NCBI GenBank assembly: GCA_964600435.1
Contig: CAZRJB010000001.1
Location: 80,836 to 144,835 of the forward strand
Direction of reading: 5' to 3'
Source of the DNA: an uncultured Lachnospiraceae bacterium
GTDB lineage: Bacteria; Bacillota; Clostridia; Christensenellales; UBA1242
DNA length: 64,000 nucleotides
The notes beneath the pieces were generated by a model that ran no database searches, was not told where the DNA came from, and worked only from the letters and a program-made list of their open reading frames with translations. Shown here in pieces: positions 1 through 11,428 of this stretch (position 1 is its first letter; the number at the start of each line of letters is the position of its first letter). Position numbers and translations under genes: made by a program.

Positions 1-173
1 GTTAAAACTCCAAACTTTTTAGCAATCTCATTTTTGGTTAAAATAATCCCCGTTCTTGTGGCTGGATTGCCAGAAACAGCAACCGGTTTGTTTGCAAGGT
101 CTTTATTGTTTGCAATTTCCACCGAAGCAAAAAAACTATTTGCATCACAGTGAAATATAACTCTCTCTTTCAT
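1..173 (-). CDS. dinB: DNA polymerase IV (Y-family), N-terminal 57 codons; the gene runs off the left edge
   Basis: My reverse-strand translation from the ATG at 173-171 gives MKERVIFHCDANSFFASVEIANNKDLANKPVAVSGNPATRTGIILTKNEIAKKFGVL. This is the canonical DinB start (D-x-x-SFFASVE ... PVAV). AGGAG (complement of 184-188) lies 10 nt upstream. The fragment is below the ORF-track length cut-off. Confidence 0.75.
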   Translation of the reverse strand, partial: MKERVIFHCDANSFFASVEIANNKDLANKPVAVSGNPATRTGIILTKNEIAKKFGVL

Positions 174-235
174 TTGCAAAATTCTCCTTTTTGGTGTATT
201 ATTAAATAGATTAATTTGTGTCTAAATAGAAACAC

Positions 236-247
236 AAACATTTGTTC
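236..247. promoter_or_regulatory. Candidate LexA (Cheo-type) SOS box upstream of dinB
   Basis: AAACATTTGTTC compared with the Firmicute consensus GAAC-N4-GTTC shows one mismatch in the left half-site. It lies about 65 bp upstream of the dinB ATG. Confidence 0.3.
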
Positions 248-312
248 TATTTATATATTTTAATCTATAAATATGCCAATATGCTAAAAAATAAAAAAAT
301 AGGAGAGCAGTT

Positions 313-1605
313 TTGATAACAATTTTTAAAAATGCCAAAATTTTAGATTTAGATAGCGAACAAGGGTATTTTAATGGCTGTGTTGTTGTGGAAAACAATT
401 TAATAACAAAAGTCACCAAACAACAACCATTGTTGCAGGCGGATAAAGAAATTGACGTGTGTGGCAACATTTTAATGCCAGGTTTTGTAAACACTCATGC
501 TCACACAGCCATGACAATTTTAAGAGGAATAAAAGACGATGCAACTTTGCAAGATTGGTTGTTTGACAATGTTGTTCCTTGTGAGAGTCAATTGTCAGAC
601 GAAGATGTTTATTGGGGGCAAATGCTCGGAATTGCAGAATATGCAAGGTGTGGCATAACCACAATGGAAGAAAACTACTTTAACCAAGAAGGCATAACAA
701 AAGCAATATCAAAATCGGGCATGCGTTCAAGAATTGCACTACAAATAAAAGTCAGTGACCCCAAAAAAACAAACACATATAAAGAGTTAAAAAAGCAATT
801 AAAAATAATCAAAAAAAACACAAACAGCGAACTTGTTAATGTTTCTTGCTTTGCTCATGCAATTTACACAACCAACGAAGACATGTTTTTTGACTTGTTG
901 CGTTTTGCAAAAGAAAACAATCTGCCAATGGGTATTCATTTGGCAGAAACATTAAAAGAAGTTGGTGATTGCACATCTCAACACAATGGTTTAACCCCTG
1001 CGGGATATTTAGAAAGCTTAGGTTTTTTAGATAGGCAATGTCTTTGTGCTCACTGTGTGCATATGGATAAAGATGATTTGCAAATTTTAGCAGACTATAA
1101 TGTTTCTGTTTCAACGTGTCCATCTTCAAACATAAAACTTGCAAGCGGGATTGCTCCAATTTATGCAATGCAAAACAAAGGTATTAATGTAACAATTGGA
1201 ACAGATGGCGTTGCATCAAACAACTCATTAGACATGTTTAAAGAAATGTTCTTGGTTTCAACCTTGTCCAAAGTTAGTCTTTATAACCCCGCTGTTGTTT
1301 CTTGTAAAGATGTTTTAAAAATGGCAACAATAAATGGTGCAAAAGCAATGGGAATCAATTCTGGAGAAATAAAAGAAGGCAAAAATGCAGACATAATTTT
1401 GGTAAAAATAACTGAACCGCACATGCAACCCGAGGCAAACATTGTTTCCAATTTGGTGTATAGTGCAAAAGGTAGTGACGTATATTTTACAATGGTTGGT
1501 GGCAAAGTTTTGTATGATAATGGTGATTATAACATAGGTGAAAATCTAGAAACAATATATAAAAAAGTCAATGAAATTAGAAAAAGAATAACTTTAAAAA
1601 AATAA
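313..1605 (+). CDS. mtaD: Amidohydrolase, 5-methylthioadenosine/S-adenosylhomocysteine deaminase-like
   Basis: 430-aa ORF. It carries the metal-binding motifs PGFVNTHAHTAM, GIHLAE, AHCVH and GTDGVASNN. The start is TTG with AGGAG at 301-305. Confidence 0.65.
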   Translation: MITIFKNAKILDLDSEQGYFNGCVVVENNLITKVTKQQPLLQADKEIDVCGNILMPGFVNTHAHTAMTILRGIKDDATLQDWLFDNVVPCESQLSDEDVYWGQMLGIAEYARCGITTMEENYFNQEGITKAISKSGMRSRIALQIKVSDPKKTNTYKELKKQLKIIKKNTNSELVNVSCFAHAIYTTNEDMFFDLLRFAKENNLPMGIHLAETLKEVGDCTSQHNGLTPAGYLESLGFLDRQCLCAHCVHMDKDDLQILADYNVSVSTCPSSNIKLASGIAPIYAMQNKGINVTIGTDGVASNNSLDMFKEMFLVSTLSKVSLYNPAVVSCKDVLKMATINGAKAMGINSGEIKEGKNADIILVKITEPHMQPEANIVSNLVYSAKGSDVYFTMVGGKVLYDNGDYNIGENLETIYKKVNEIRKRITLKK

Positions 1606-1616
1606 GGAGAAAAAAT

Positions 1617-3776
1617 ATGGATATAACTGAACAACTAAGTGCAGAGTTTAAATTAAAAAAGGAGTATTCTCAAAACATAATCAATCTTTTAGATGAAGGT
1701 TGCACAATCCCTTTTATTGCAAGATATCGTAAAGAAATGCATGGCTCGTGTGATGACCAAATTTTAAGAGAATTTTCAGATAGGCTTAACTATTTAAGAA
1801 ATTTGCAAAAACGTAAAGATGAAGTAGAAAACTCAATCAAAGAGCAAGAAAAATGGACAGAAGAACTTGAAATTGCCTTAAACAATGCAAAAACATTAAC
1901 AGAAGTAGAAGACATCTACCGTCCATACAAACCAAAACGCAAAACAAGAGCATCTGTTGCAATTGCAAGAGGTTTAGAACCACTTGCAGACATTTTGTTT
2001 AAGCAAGACATATCATTTGAAGAATTGTTGCAAAAAGCACAAGATTTTGTTAATGCAGAAAAAGAAGTTAATTCGCCAGAAGATGCAATTGCAGGAGCAA
2101 AAGACATTATTGCAGAGAGAATTTCCGATGATGCAGAACTAAGAAAAGTGTTAAGGCAAACAATAAAAGATTTTGCTCAAATCCATACATCTTTGCAAGA
2201 AAAAGAAGGTAACGAGGTTTATGAAATGTATGCAGACCATACAGAGCCGGTTAAGAACATTCCTAGTCACAGAGTGCTTGCAATAAATAGGGGCGAAAAA
2301 GAAGAGTGCCTAAAGGTTGAAATAGATTTAGACGAGCAACTTGCCTTAAAAGAAATCGAAAAACAATACATAACGGAAAATTCAAAACTTAAAGAATGCA
2401 TGCAAGAAATAGTTGCAGATAGTTACAAACGTTTGTTGTTTCCAAGTTTAGAAAACGAATGCAGAACCGATTTAACAAGCACATCCAACGAACAAGCAAT
2501 AAAAATGTTTGAAGTTAATCTTAAACCATTGCTTTTGCAATCACCCCTAAAAAACAATGTTATCATGGGTTTTGACCCAGGCTATAGAATGGGTTGCAAA
2601 GTTGCAATAATAGACAAAAACGGTGAAGTGCTAGACACAACAGTTGTGTATCCAACTCCACCCTTCAACAAAACAGAAGAATCTCTTGAAAAATTAAAAA
2701 CTTTGGTAGAAAAACATAAAGTTGATATTGTTGCCGTTGGCAACGGAACCGCAAGCAAAGAATCAGAAATTTTTATTTGTGAACTTATAAAACAAGTAAA
2801 CAGACCATTAAACTATGCAATGGTTAACGAAGCGGGTGCTTCTGTTTATTCCGCAAGCAAATTGGGCGCAGAAGAATTTCCAGATTACGATGTTAATTTA
2901 AGAAGTGCCGTTTCAATTGCTAGAAGACTTGCCGACCCAATGGCAGAACTTATTAAAATTGATGTTAAATCAATTGGTGTTGGGCAATATCAACACGATA
3001 TGCCACAAAACAGACTAACCGAAGTTTTAACCGGAGTTGTAGAAGATTGTGTTAATAGTGTTGGAGTAGATTTAAACTCAGCAAGTCCAAGTTTGTTGGC
3101 ATATGTTTCTGGGTTAAATTCTTCAATTGCAAAAAACATTGTAGAATATAGAAAAGAAATAAACAATTTTAGTTCACGTGAGCAATTGTTAAAGGTTAAA
3201 AAGTTAGGGCCAAAAGCATATCAACAATGTGCAGGTTTTTTGAGAATCACAGACGGTTCAAATGTTCTAGACAACACTGCTGTGCATCCAGAAAGTTATG
3301 AAAGTGCTCAAAAATTGTTAAAACTTTTCAATTTGTCAGACCAAGATGTAAAAAACAACAATCTAGAAACATTGCCAAGCCTTGTAAAACTAAAAGGTGA
3401 AGAAAAAGTTGCGTCAGAAATTGGTGTTGGCGTTCCAACACTTGTTGACATGGTTAAAGAATTGACAAAGCCAGGCAGAGACATCCGTGAAGACATGCCA
3501 AAACCAGTTTTAAGAGCCGAACTTTTAAGTTTGGAAAATCTGAAAGAAGGAATGGTTATCAAGGGCACGGTCAGAAACGTTATAGACTTTGGTGCTTTTG
3601 TTGATATTGGTGTGCATCAAGATGGTTTGGTACACATTTCTCAAATATCAAACAAATTTATAAAACACCCTTCAGATGTTTTAACTGTTGGGCAGCAATT
3701 AAACGTAAAGGTAATGTCTGTAGACATTGCTAAAAAGCGAATACAATTAACCATAAAAGATTGCCCACAAGATTAA
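1617..3776 (+). CDS. tex: Tex-like transcription accessory protein (YqgF/RuvC-like, HhH and C-terminal S1 domains)
   Basis: 719 aa. N-terminal IPFIARYRKE motif; C-terminal S1 domain GMVIKGTVRNVIDFGAFVDIGVHQDGLVHISQIS; AAGGAG RBS. Confidence 0.9.
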   Translation: MDITEQLSAEFKLKKEYSQNIINLLDEGCTIPFIARYRKEMHGSCDDQILREFSDRLNYLRNLQKRKDEVENSIKEQEKWTEELEIALNNAKTLTEVEDIYRPYKPKRKTRASVAIARGLEPLADILFKQDISFEELLQKAQDFVNAEKEVNSPEDAIAGAKDIIAERISDDAELRKVLRQTIKDFAQIHTSLQEKEGNEVYEMYADHTEPVKNIPSHRVLAINRGEKEECLKVEIDLDEQLALKEIEKQYITENSKLKECMQEIVADSYKRLLFPSLENECRTDLTSTSNEQAIKMFEVNLKPLLLQSPLKNNVIMGFDPGYRMGCKVAIIDKNGEVLDTTVVYPTPPFNKTEESLEKLKTLVEKHKVDIVAVGNGTASKESEIFICELIKQVNRPLNYAMVNEAGASVYSASKLGAEEFPDYDVNLRSAVSIARRLADPMAELIKIDVKSIGVGQYQHDMPQNRLTEVLTGVVEDCVNSVGVDLNSASPSLLAYVSGLNSSIAKNIVEYRKEINNFSSREQLLKVKKLGPKAYQQCAGFLRITDGSNVLDNTAVHPESYESAQKLLKLFNLSDQDVKNNNLETLPSLVKLKGEEKVASEIGVGVPTLVDMVKELTKPGRDIREDMPKPVLRAELLSLENLKEGMVIKGTVRNVIDFGAFVDIGVHQDGLVHISQISNKFIKHPSDVLTVGQQLNVKVMSVDIAKKRIQLTIKDCPQD

Positions 3777-3826
3777 TTTTTTTGCTTGAAAGCAAAATGT
3801 CATAATGTTAAATGGAGAAAATAATA

Positions 3827-4531
3827 ATGCGTTTAGACAAATTTTTAGCAAACAACACTTTGCTTTCTAGAAAAGAAGTTGCAAAACAAATAAAACAAGG
3901 AAATGTTAAGGTTGATGGAACAAAAGCCGTTTCAATAGACCAAAAAATTGATGAAAATTCCGCAAAAATTGAATTAAATGGGCAAGTTGTTAATTACAAA
4001 AAGTATGTATATATTATGCTAAACAAACCAAGCGGAGTGGTTAGCGCAACAACTGACTCTAGTCAAAAAACGGTTTTAGATTTAATTCCACAAGAATATA
4101 AAAAACAAGGGTTGTTCCCTTGTGGAAGGTTAGATAAAGACACTTTGGGTCTGGTTATTTTAACAAACGATGGTGCTGGTGCACACAAACTTCTATCACC
4201 AAAAAATCACGTAGAAAAAACTTATAATTTTAAATGTGCAGAAATTCTTGAACAAAAACACATTTTGTTGTTGGAACAAGGTATTAAACTTAAAGATGGT
4301 TACATCACAAAACCGTGCAAAATTGAAGTTATTTCCAACACAGAAGGCAACATAACCTTAACAGAAGGAAAATATCACGAAATTAAAAGAATGTTTGGTG
4401 CAATAGGAAATAAAATAACATTTTTGAAAAGAATCTCTTTTGGTTCAATTTTGTTGGATAAAAATTTAGATTATGGGCAGTTTAGATATTTAACCCAAAC
4501 AGAATCAGAAATTTTTAAAACACAAAATTAA
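3827..4531 (+). CDS. rsuA: RsuA/RluB-family rRNA pseudouridine synthase (S4 domain plus catalytic GRLDKDTLGL motif)
   Basis: MRLDKFL S4-like N-terminus and GRLDKDTLGLVILTNDG active-site motif. I prefer the ATG at 3827 (GGAG at 3814-3817) over the ORF-track ATG at 3812. Confidence 0.8.
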   Translation: MRLDKFLANNTLLSRKEVAKQIKQGNVKVDGTKAVSIDQKIDENSAKIELNGQVVNYKKYVYIMLNKPSGVVSATTDSSQKTVLDLIPQEYKKQGLFPCGRLDKDTLGLVILTNDGAGAHKLLSPKNHVEKTYNFKCAEILEQKHILLLEQGIKLKDGYITKPCKIEVISNTEGNITLTEGKYHEIKRMFGAIGNKITFLKRISFGSILLDKNLDYGQFRYLTQTESEIFKTQN

Positions 4532-4584
4532 AACATTAAACACTAATCAAAAATGTTATACATATGTAAAAAATTATATTAAAG

Positions 4585-5130
4585 TTAAAAGGTCTGATAA
4601 TTTGATTTTTCAAGGTCATCAGAATATTGTTTATACAAATTTTTAATGTCTTTAAACAAAACCGAGTCCTCTGTTATTGCAACTTTATTGCACTTTTCAA
4701 AAATACCATTAAAATCTACAAAAATAGATGTGCTTTTTTTTGCCAAATAGGTTCTAAAAATGTTGCCTTTAAGTGTGCCAGGAACAAACCATTCTTTTAT
4801 TGTGTCATATGTTTGTTTAACAGTTGTCAAACTATAGTTGTTGCTTTTTAAACAAGCAATTGTTTCCATAACATATGATCTTAAAAATGGGTCTTTAATT
4901 TGTGAGTTTATTCTATTTAAAAAAGAACTATAAACTTTTATGTCATTCAAATTTTTGTTTGCAAAATAACTTTCTCTGCCTTGACTTTTTGCTTTTTCAT
5001 ATTTATATCTAGATAAAAATGCATCAATAATAATATCGTAAAACGCTTCTTGTTCTTTGCTTGTTACATGAAATTCATTCTTTATTTCAGGGAAGCTTGG
5101 ATATCGAATAATAAATGAACCTTCTGTCAT
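4585..5130 (-). CDS. Hypothetical cytoplasmic protein, 181 aa, no motif recognised
   Basis: Long ORF on the opposite strand to its neighbours. AAAGGAG sits 6 nt before the second in-frame ATG (5130), so I trimmed the ORF-track start (5163). Confidence 0.6.
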   Translation of the reverse strand: MTEGSFIIRYPSFPEIKNEFHVTSKEQEAFYDIIIDAFLSRYKYEKAKSQGRESYFANKNLNDIKVYSSFLNRINSQIKDPFLRSYVMETIACLKSNNYSLTTVKQTYDTIKEWFVPGTLKGNIFRTYLAKKSTSIFVDFNGIFEKCNKVAITEDSVLFKDIKNLYKQYSDDLEKSNYQTF

Positions 5131-5225
5131 ATAAAACTCCTTTAATTGCTTAAATTTTATCATATGATTTAAAATATTGCAATAGCAAAAAACATATTTT
5201 TTTGTTTTACACGCAAAATATTTTT

Positions 5226-6746
5226 ATGAACATCAACACGAGCGGAACATTTGTTCTATTTTTTGCAAATTTAATAAGCAAGTTGTTTGGAGCATTTTAT
5301 AGATTCCCGCTTTCCAATTTGCTAGGTGCAGAAGGAATGGGGCTATATCAAATGGCTTTTCCAATTTATTCATTTTTGCTAACTTTGTTAACTGGCGGAA
5401 TAAGCATAACATTAACAAGAAAAATTGCAAATTTGCGAGCAGAACAGAATGAAAAAGAAATCTACAAACTTTTTTTGCTTGGTAGAAATTCGAGTTTGGT
5501 TTTAGGTTTTGTTTTTTTATTTATTTTGTTAATTTTTTCTTATCCATTATCGGTGTTGCAAGGCAACACAAATGCGGTGTATGGCTATTTTGCAATTTCT
5601 GTTGGTTTTGTTTTTGCAAGTCTTTTAGGTGCATATAGGGGATATTATCAAGGTTATAGCAACATGAAGCCAACAGCAATAAGTCAAGTTTTAGAGCAGG
5701 GGTTTAAACTTGTTTTTGGATTGCTGTTTGCATTTATATTTTTAAAAAGCGGAGTTAATGCGGGTGTTTTTGGTGCACTTTTAGGGATTTCCTTCAGTGA
5801 AATTGCTTCATTTTTATATTTTAAATTAATAAACAAACAAAAAATAACAAAACAAAATGTAAGCATATCAAAATCTGACTACAAATGTTTTTTAAAACAG
5901 GTTGCTCCAGTAAGCATTGCATATGTTCTTTTGCCCCTTTCCAATTTGTTAGATTCTTTTTTGGTGGTAAACCTCTTAAAATTGAGCGGTTACACAACTC
6001 AGTTTGCAACCAGTTTATATGGAATTGAAACGGGCATGATATTGCCATTAATAAACATGCCAAATGTGTTGGTTAGTGCAATCGCTCTTGCCAGTTTGCC
6101 AAACATAAGCTATAAACAATCAAAAAGACAAAATGTGGAGAGTTTGGTAAACACAATGTTTAAACTTGTTTTGTTCTTTATTTTGCCATGTTGTGTTGGA
6201 TTATATGTTTTGGCAGAGCCAATTTTATTGTTAATTTTCCCAACACTAGAAGGAATATTTTTAACAACTGCAGTAAATTTATTAAAATTATCTGTTGTAG
6301 AAATGTTTTTTTTGAGTTTTGTAACAATTTCAAATTCGCTTTTGCAAGCATTAAACAAAATAAAGTTGCCAGCAATATCGTTAGCAATTGGCATAACTGT
6401 TAAGTTTTTTCTAAGCATCTTTTTTATATCAAACAATTCGTTTAACATATATGGTTTGGTTATTGCAAGCATATTTTGTTATTTTGTTACAGCATTCATA
6501 AATGTTATAAAACTAAAAAAATATACTCGTTTTAGAATAAAATTTGTGTCAATTTTGTCAACCTTTATTGCAACCATGTTAATGACAGCTTTTGTGTTTG
6601 TGTTTACAAAATATGTTAATGTTTCAAAAAACCTTTTGTTTTTGTTTGTTACAGTTGTGATTGCGGTTGTTGTATATTTTGGATGTCTAATGATGTTAAA
6701 GCAATTTACGTTTAAAGATTTTAAAATAGATAAGCGGTCAAGTTAA
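5226..6746 (+). CDS. MOP-superfamily polysaccharide/lipid II flippase (SpoVB/MurJ-like)
   Basis: About 506 aa with more than 12 hydrophobic segments. The N-terminus LISKLFGAFYRFPLSNLLGAEGMGLYQMAFPIY is typical of SpoVB/MurJ-type proteins. The start is uncertain (ATG 5226 or TTG 5202) and the RBS is weak. Confidence 0.75.
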   Translation: MNINTSGTFVLFFANLISKLFGAFYRFPLSNLLGAEGMGLYQMAFPIYSFLLTLLTGGISITLTRKIANLRAEQNEKEIYKLFLLGRNSSLVLGFVFLFILLIFSYPLSVLQGNTNAVYGYFAISVGFVFASLLGAYRGYYQGYSNMKPTAISQVLEQGFKLVFGLLFAFIFLKSGVNAGVFGALLGISFSEIASFLYFKLINKQKITKQNVSISKSDYKCFLKQVAPVSIAYVLLPLSNLLDSFLVVNLLKLSGYTTQFATSLYGIETGMILPLINMPNVLVSAIALASLPNISYKQSKRQNVESLVNTMFKLVLFFILPCCVGLYVLAEPILLLIFPTLEGIFLTTAVNLLKLSVVEMFFLSFVTISNSLLQALNKIKLPAISLAIGITVKFFLSIFFISNNSFNIYGLVIASIFCYFVTAFINVIKLKKYTRFRIKFVSILSTFIATMLMTAFVFVFTKYVNVSKNLLFLFVTVVIAVVVYFGCLMMLKQFTFKDFKIDKRSS

Positions 6747-6798
6747 AAAACTACAAAAACTCTTGCTTTTGTAAGGCAATTAGTGACATAATAAAAGA

Positions 6799-7722
6799 AT
6801 GAAAATAGATGGTAAAGAGTTTGGCAAAATTTTTTTAGCACCAATGGCGGGGGTTACCGACATTGGTTTTCGTCATGCTTGCAAACTTGCTGGTGCAGAT
6901 TTAACTTTTACCGAAATGGTTAGTGCAAAAGCACTTTCAATGAACAGTGCAAAAACAAAAGAATTGCTAATAACAAGTCCCATCGAAAAGCCGGTTGCTG
7001 TTCAAATTTTTGGTCATGAACCAGAAACAATGGCAAATGTGTGTAAATGTGAGGATTTGCAAAAGTTTGATTTGATTGATATAAATTTTGGTTGTCCTGC
7101 TCCCAAAATTGTTAACAATGGTGATGGCTCTGCTTTGTTAAAAAAATTAAAAGACTTAGAAAAAATTATTTACTCTTGTTCAAAAGCAAGTTCAAAACCA
7201 ATTTCTTGCAAATTTAGAAAAGGTTTTGCTAATAATGACAATATTGCAACAACGGTTGCAAAAATCTGTGAAGATAATGGCGCTAAAATGATAACAATTC
7301 ATGGCAGAACACGTTCTCAGATGTATTCCGGAAGTGTAGATTTGGAAACAATTGCAAAAGTTAAATCAACAGTAAAAATCAATGTGGTTGGAAACGGAGA
7401 TGTTGTGGATTTAGACACTTATAACAAAATGCTTGCATGTGGAGTGGATGCAGTAATGGTTGGCAGAGGAGCAATGGGCAATCCAAACATTTTTGCTTGT
7501 TTAAAAGGCAAGCCCGAACAAGACAAATTCTTTTTAATAGAACAACAAGTTGAACAGTTAAAAAAACACTTTTCTGCAAGTTATATAAATGCAACAATGC
7601 GAAAACACTTGCTTTGGTACATTTCCGGCATAAAAAATGCAACCTTATATAAACAACAAATTGCAACTTGTGACGACATAGACAAGAGTTTGCAAATGGT
7701 TAAAAACTTACTTTTTCAATAA
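6799..7722 (+). CDS. dus: tRNA-dihydrouridine synthase
   Basis: FLAPMAGVTDIGFR N-terminus, INFGCPAPKI and HGRTR motifs of the Dus family. Confidence 0.9.
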   Translation: MKIDGKEFGKIFLAPMAGVTDIGFRHACKLAGADLTFTEMVSAKALSMNSAKTKELLITSPIEKPVAVQIFGHEPETMANVCKCEDLQKFDLIDINFGCPAPKIVNNGDGSALLKKLKDLEKIIYSCSKASSKPISCKFRKGFANNDNIATTVAKICEDNGAKMITIHGRTRSQMYSGSVDLETIAKVKSTVKINVVGNGDVVDLDTYNKMLACGVDAVMVGRGAMGNPNIFACLKGKPEQDKFFLIEQQVEQLKKHFSASYINATMRKHLLWYISGIKNATLYKQQIATCDDIDKSLQMVKNLLFQ

Positions 7723-7752
7723 TGTAATATAAAAAAATAAATAGATTTTTCT

Positions 7753-7790
7753 GAAGTGCATCCCAAAAATGTGGGCACTTCATTTTTTTT
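7753..7790 (+). terminator. Rho-independent terminator after dus
   Basis: GAAGTGC ... GCACTTC stem (7753-7759 / 7775-7781) followed by T8. Confidence 0.7.
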
Positions 7791-7821
7791 GAAAAAAATT
7801 TAAAAAAAGTGTCATAAAGTG

Positions 7822-7850
7822 TTGACAATTGCATACAATAGGTTTAGAAT
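7822..7850 (+). promoter_or_regulatory. SigA-type promoter of the hrcA operon
   Basis: TTGACA (7822-7827), 17-bp spacer, TAGAAT (7845-7850). Confidence 0.75.
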
Positions 7851-7854
7851 GGTG

Positions 7855-7881
7855 TTAGCAATCTAAATAAAAGACTGCTAA
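7855..7881 (+). promoter_or_regulatory. CIRCE operator (HrcA binding site)
   Basis: TTAGCAATC-N9-GACTGCTAA compared with the consensus TTAGCACTC-N9-GAGTGCTAA. It sits immediately downstream of the -10 box. Confidence 0.85.
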
Positions 7882-7899
7882 CAATCTAAGCGAGGCTAT

Positions 7900-8925
7900 A
7901 TGAAAAAAGAGTTAAGCGACAGAAAAAAACATATTCTTTGCTCAGCCATAGAAGATTATATTAAAGACGCAAGTCCAATAACCAGTGGTGGAGTTAAAGA
8001 TAAACACATAAACGAAGTTAGCACGGCAACATTAAGAAACGAACTTAATGCTCTAGAGGCAATGGGCTACTTAAAGCAACTTCACACTTCAGGTGGCAGA
8101 GTTCCAACAACCGATGGTTATCGTTATTATGTTAGTTCACTTTTAGAAAATTTTGAAGTTGATGAAAATCAACTAAAAAGGGTCGAGGGTGAATTGTCGG
8201 AAAGAACAACTTCGTTAAAAGATATTTTGTCGTCAGTTGCAAATTTAATATGTAAAGAAACAAACATGCCAACAGTTATTGTTGCAAACGGATATGATAA
8301 ATTAATTATTGAAGATGTTAGAATCATACCTTTAATAGACGGCGAAGCATTGGTGTTGTTTAGAACAAAAAGCGGAATTGTTAACCATACAATCAAAGTT
8401 AATGCCAGCGAAAAAGCATGTGAAGATGCTGGAAAATATTTAACTAGAAGGTTTAATGGTAAAACAATTGGAGAGTTGCTTGAAGGAGATATTCTTTATG
8501 CATCAATAGCCGAAGTGGAAAGTTTTAAAAACTTATTAGACAGTTTAATAAAATCCATGCGAGAATTTGTGTCTAGCAAAAAGTTAGACATACGTGGTGA
8601 AACAGCAACTCATTTACTTAACGAAAACGAACATCAAACAGTGGTTGAAACAAAAAAAATATTAAACTTGTTAGATGACAAAGATGGTTTATGTGAAGTT
8701 ATTGGTAAATCAGACGAAACATCTAGCGAAATAACAATCACTCTTGGTGACGAAAACGAAAAAGTAGATGGTTGTGCGTTAATAAAAGCACCAATTGTCA
8801 TTAATGGAACACCGGTTGCAAGCCTTGCGGTTATTGGTCCAGAGCGAATGGATTATGCTAGCATTGCATCGGCAATCAAGGTTGTAACAAGCGAATTAAA
8901 CAAAATAAAAGGTGGTGGCTCGTGA
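7900..8925 (+). CDS. hrcA: Heat-inducible transcription repressor HrcA
   Basis: 341 aa, first gene of the hrcA-grpE-dnaK-dnaJ order, preceded by CIRCE. The TGA stop overlaps the grpE GTG start (GTGA). Confidence 0.9.
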   Translation: MKKELSDRKKHILCSAIEDYIKDASPITSGGVKDKHINEVSTATLRNELNALEAMGYLKQLHTSGGRVPTTDGYRYYVSSLLENFEVDENQLKRVEGELSERTTSLKDILSSVANLICKETNMPTVIVANGYDKLIIEDVRIIPLIDGEALVLFRTKSGIVNHTIKVNASEKACEDAGKYLTRRFNGKTIGELLEGDILYASIAEVESFKNLLDSLIKSMREFVSSKKLDIRGETATHLLNENEHQTVVETKKILNLLDDKDGLCEVIGKSDETSSEITITLGDENEKVDGCALIKAPIVINGTPVASLAVIGPERMDYASIASAIKVVTSELNKIKGGGS

Positions 8926-9473
8926 GCATATCAGACGAAGAAAAAAGAAAACACAAACAAAATCCAGAGCAAGAAAAAGACAAAAACGTAAACAATAAAA
9001 CCGAAAACGTTGTATCGGACGAAACCGACTATAAGTCTGAAAATCAAAAAAACAAGGCTTTGGCAGAAGAATATTTAAACCTTGCAAAAGTTATTCAGGC
9101 AGACTTTGATAACTATCGCAAACGTTCATTAGAACAAATAGAAAAAGCAAAAACCGACGGAATGGTTCAAGCAATAGAACTTATGCTTCCAAGTTTAGAT
9201 GCATTCAAAAAAGCAAAAGAAAACATTAAAGACGAAAACACTTTGTCGGGAATATTAATGCTAGAAAAAGCAATAAATTCTGGCTTAGAAAAATTGGGTG
9301 TTGAAAAAATAGAAGCAGTTGGCAAACCATTAGATCCAACAGTTCACAATGCTCTAGCAATTTCAAAAGACGAAAAACAAGAAGATGGAATTGTTTTGGA
9401 TGAATTCCAAGCAGGATACAAACTAAAAGAGCGAGTTATACGTTGCTCTCAAGTTTTGGTAAACAAACTTTAA
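8922..9473 (+). CDS. grpE: Nucleotide exchange factor GrpE
   Basis: 183 aa with a charged N-terminus, ADFDNYRKR motif, GTG start and AAAGGTGG RBS. Confidence 0.9.
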   Translation: MSISDEEKRKHKQNPEQEKDKNVNNKTENVVSDETDYKSENQKNKALAEEYLNLAKVIQADFDNYRKRSLEQIEKAKTDGMVQAIELMLPSLDAFKKAKENIKDENTLSGILMLEKAINSGLEKLGVEKIEAVGKPLDPTVHNALAISKDEKQEDGIVLDEFQAGYKLKERVIRCSQVLVNKL

Positions 9474-9478
9474 AATAA

Positions 9479-11347
<1,869 letters not shown>

Positions 11348-11368
11348 ATTTTCAAATTAAAAAGATGC

Positions 11369-11389
11369 GAGCAAACACAATGTTTGCTC
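11369..11389 (+). other. 9-bp hairpin between dnaK and dnaJ (possible partial terminator or processing site)
   Basis: GAGCAAACA-caa-TGTTTGCTC. There is no clean U-tract after it. Confidence 0.4.
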
Positions 11390-11428
11390 ATGTCTTTAAT
11401 GTAACAACAAAAATTAAAAGGTAAAAAA

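Noticed and set aside
271-279. A sixth, inverted copy of the TTGGCATAT box (ATATGCCAA) upstream of mtaD, as evidence for a regulon
   Set aside because: By my rough estimate, about one chance occurrence of this AT-rich 9-mer is expected in 128 kb of two-strand sequence. A single hit is therefore uninformative.
8923-8925. An alternative genetic code (TGA read as Trp, Mollicutes-like), given the low G+C and DUF285-type repeats
   Set aside because: hrcA ends at a TGA that gives the expected protein length. Trp is encoded by TGG throughout, and long ORFs do not require TGA read-through.
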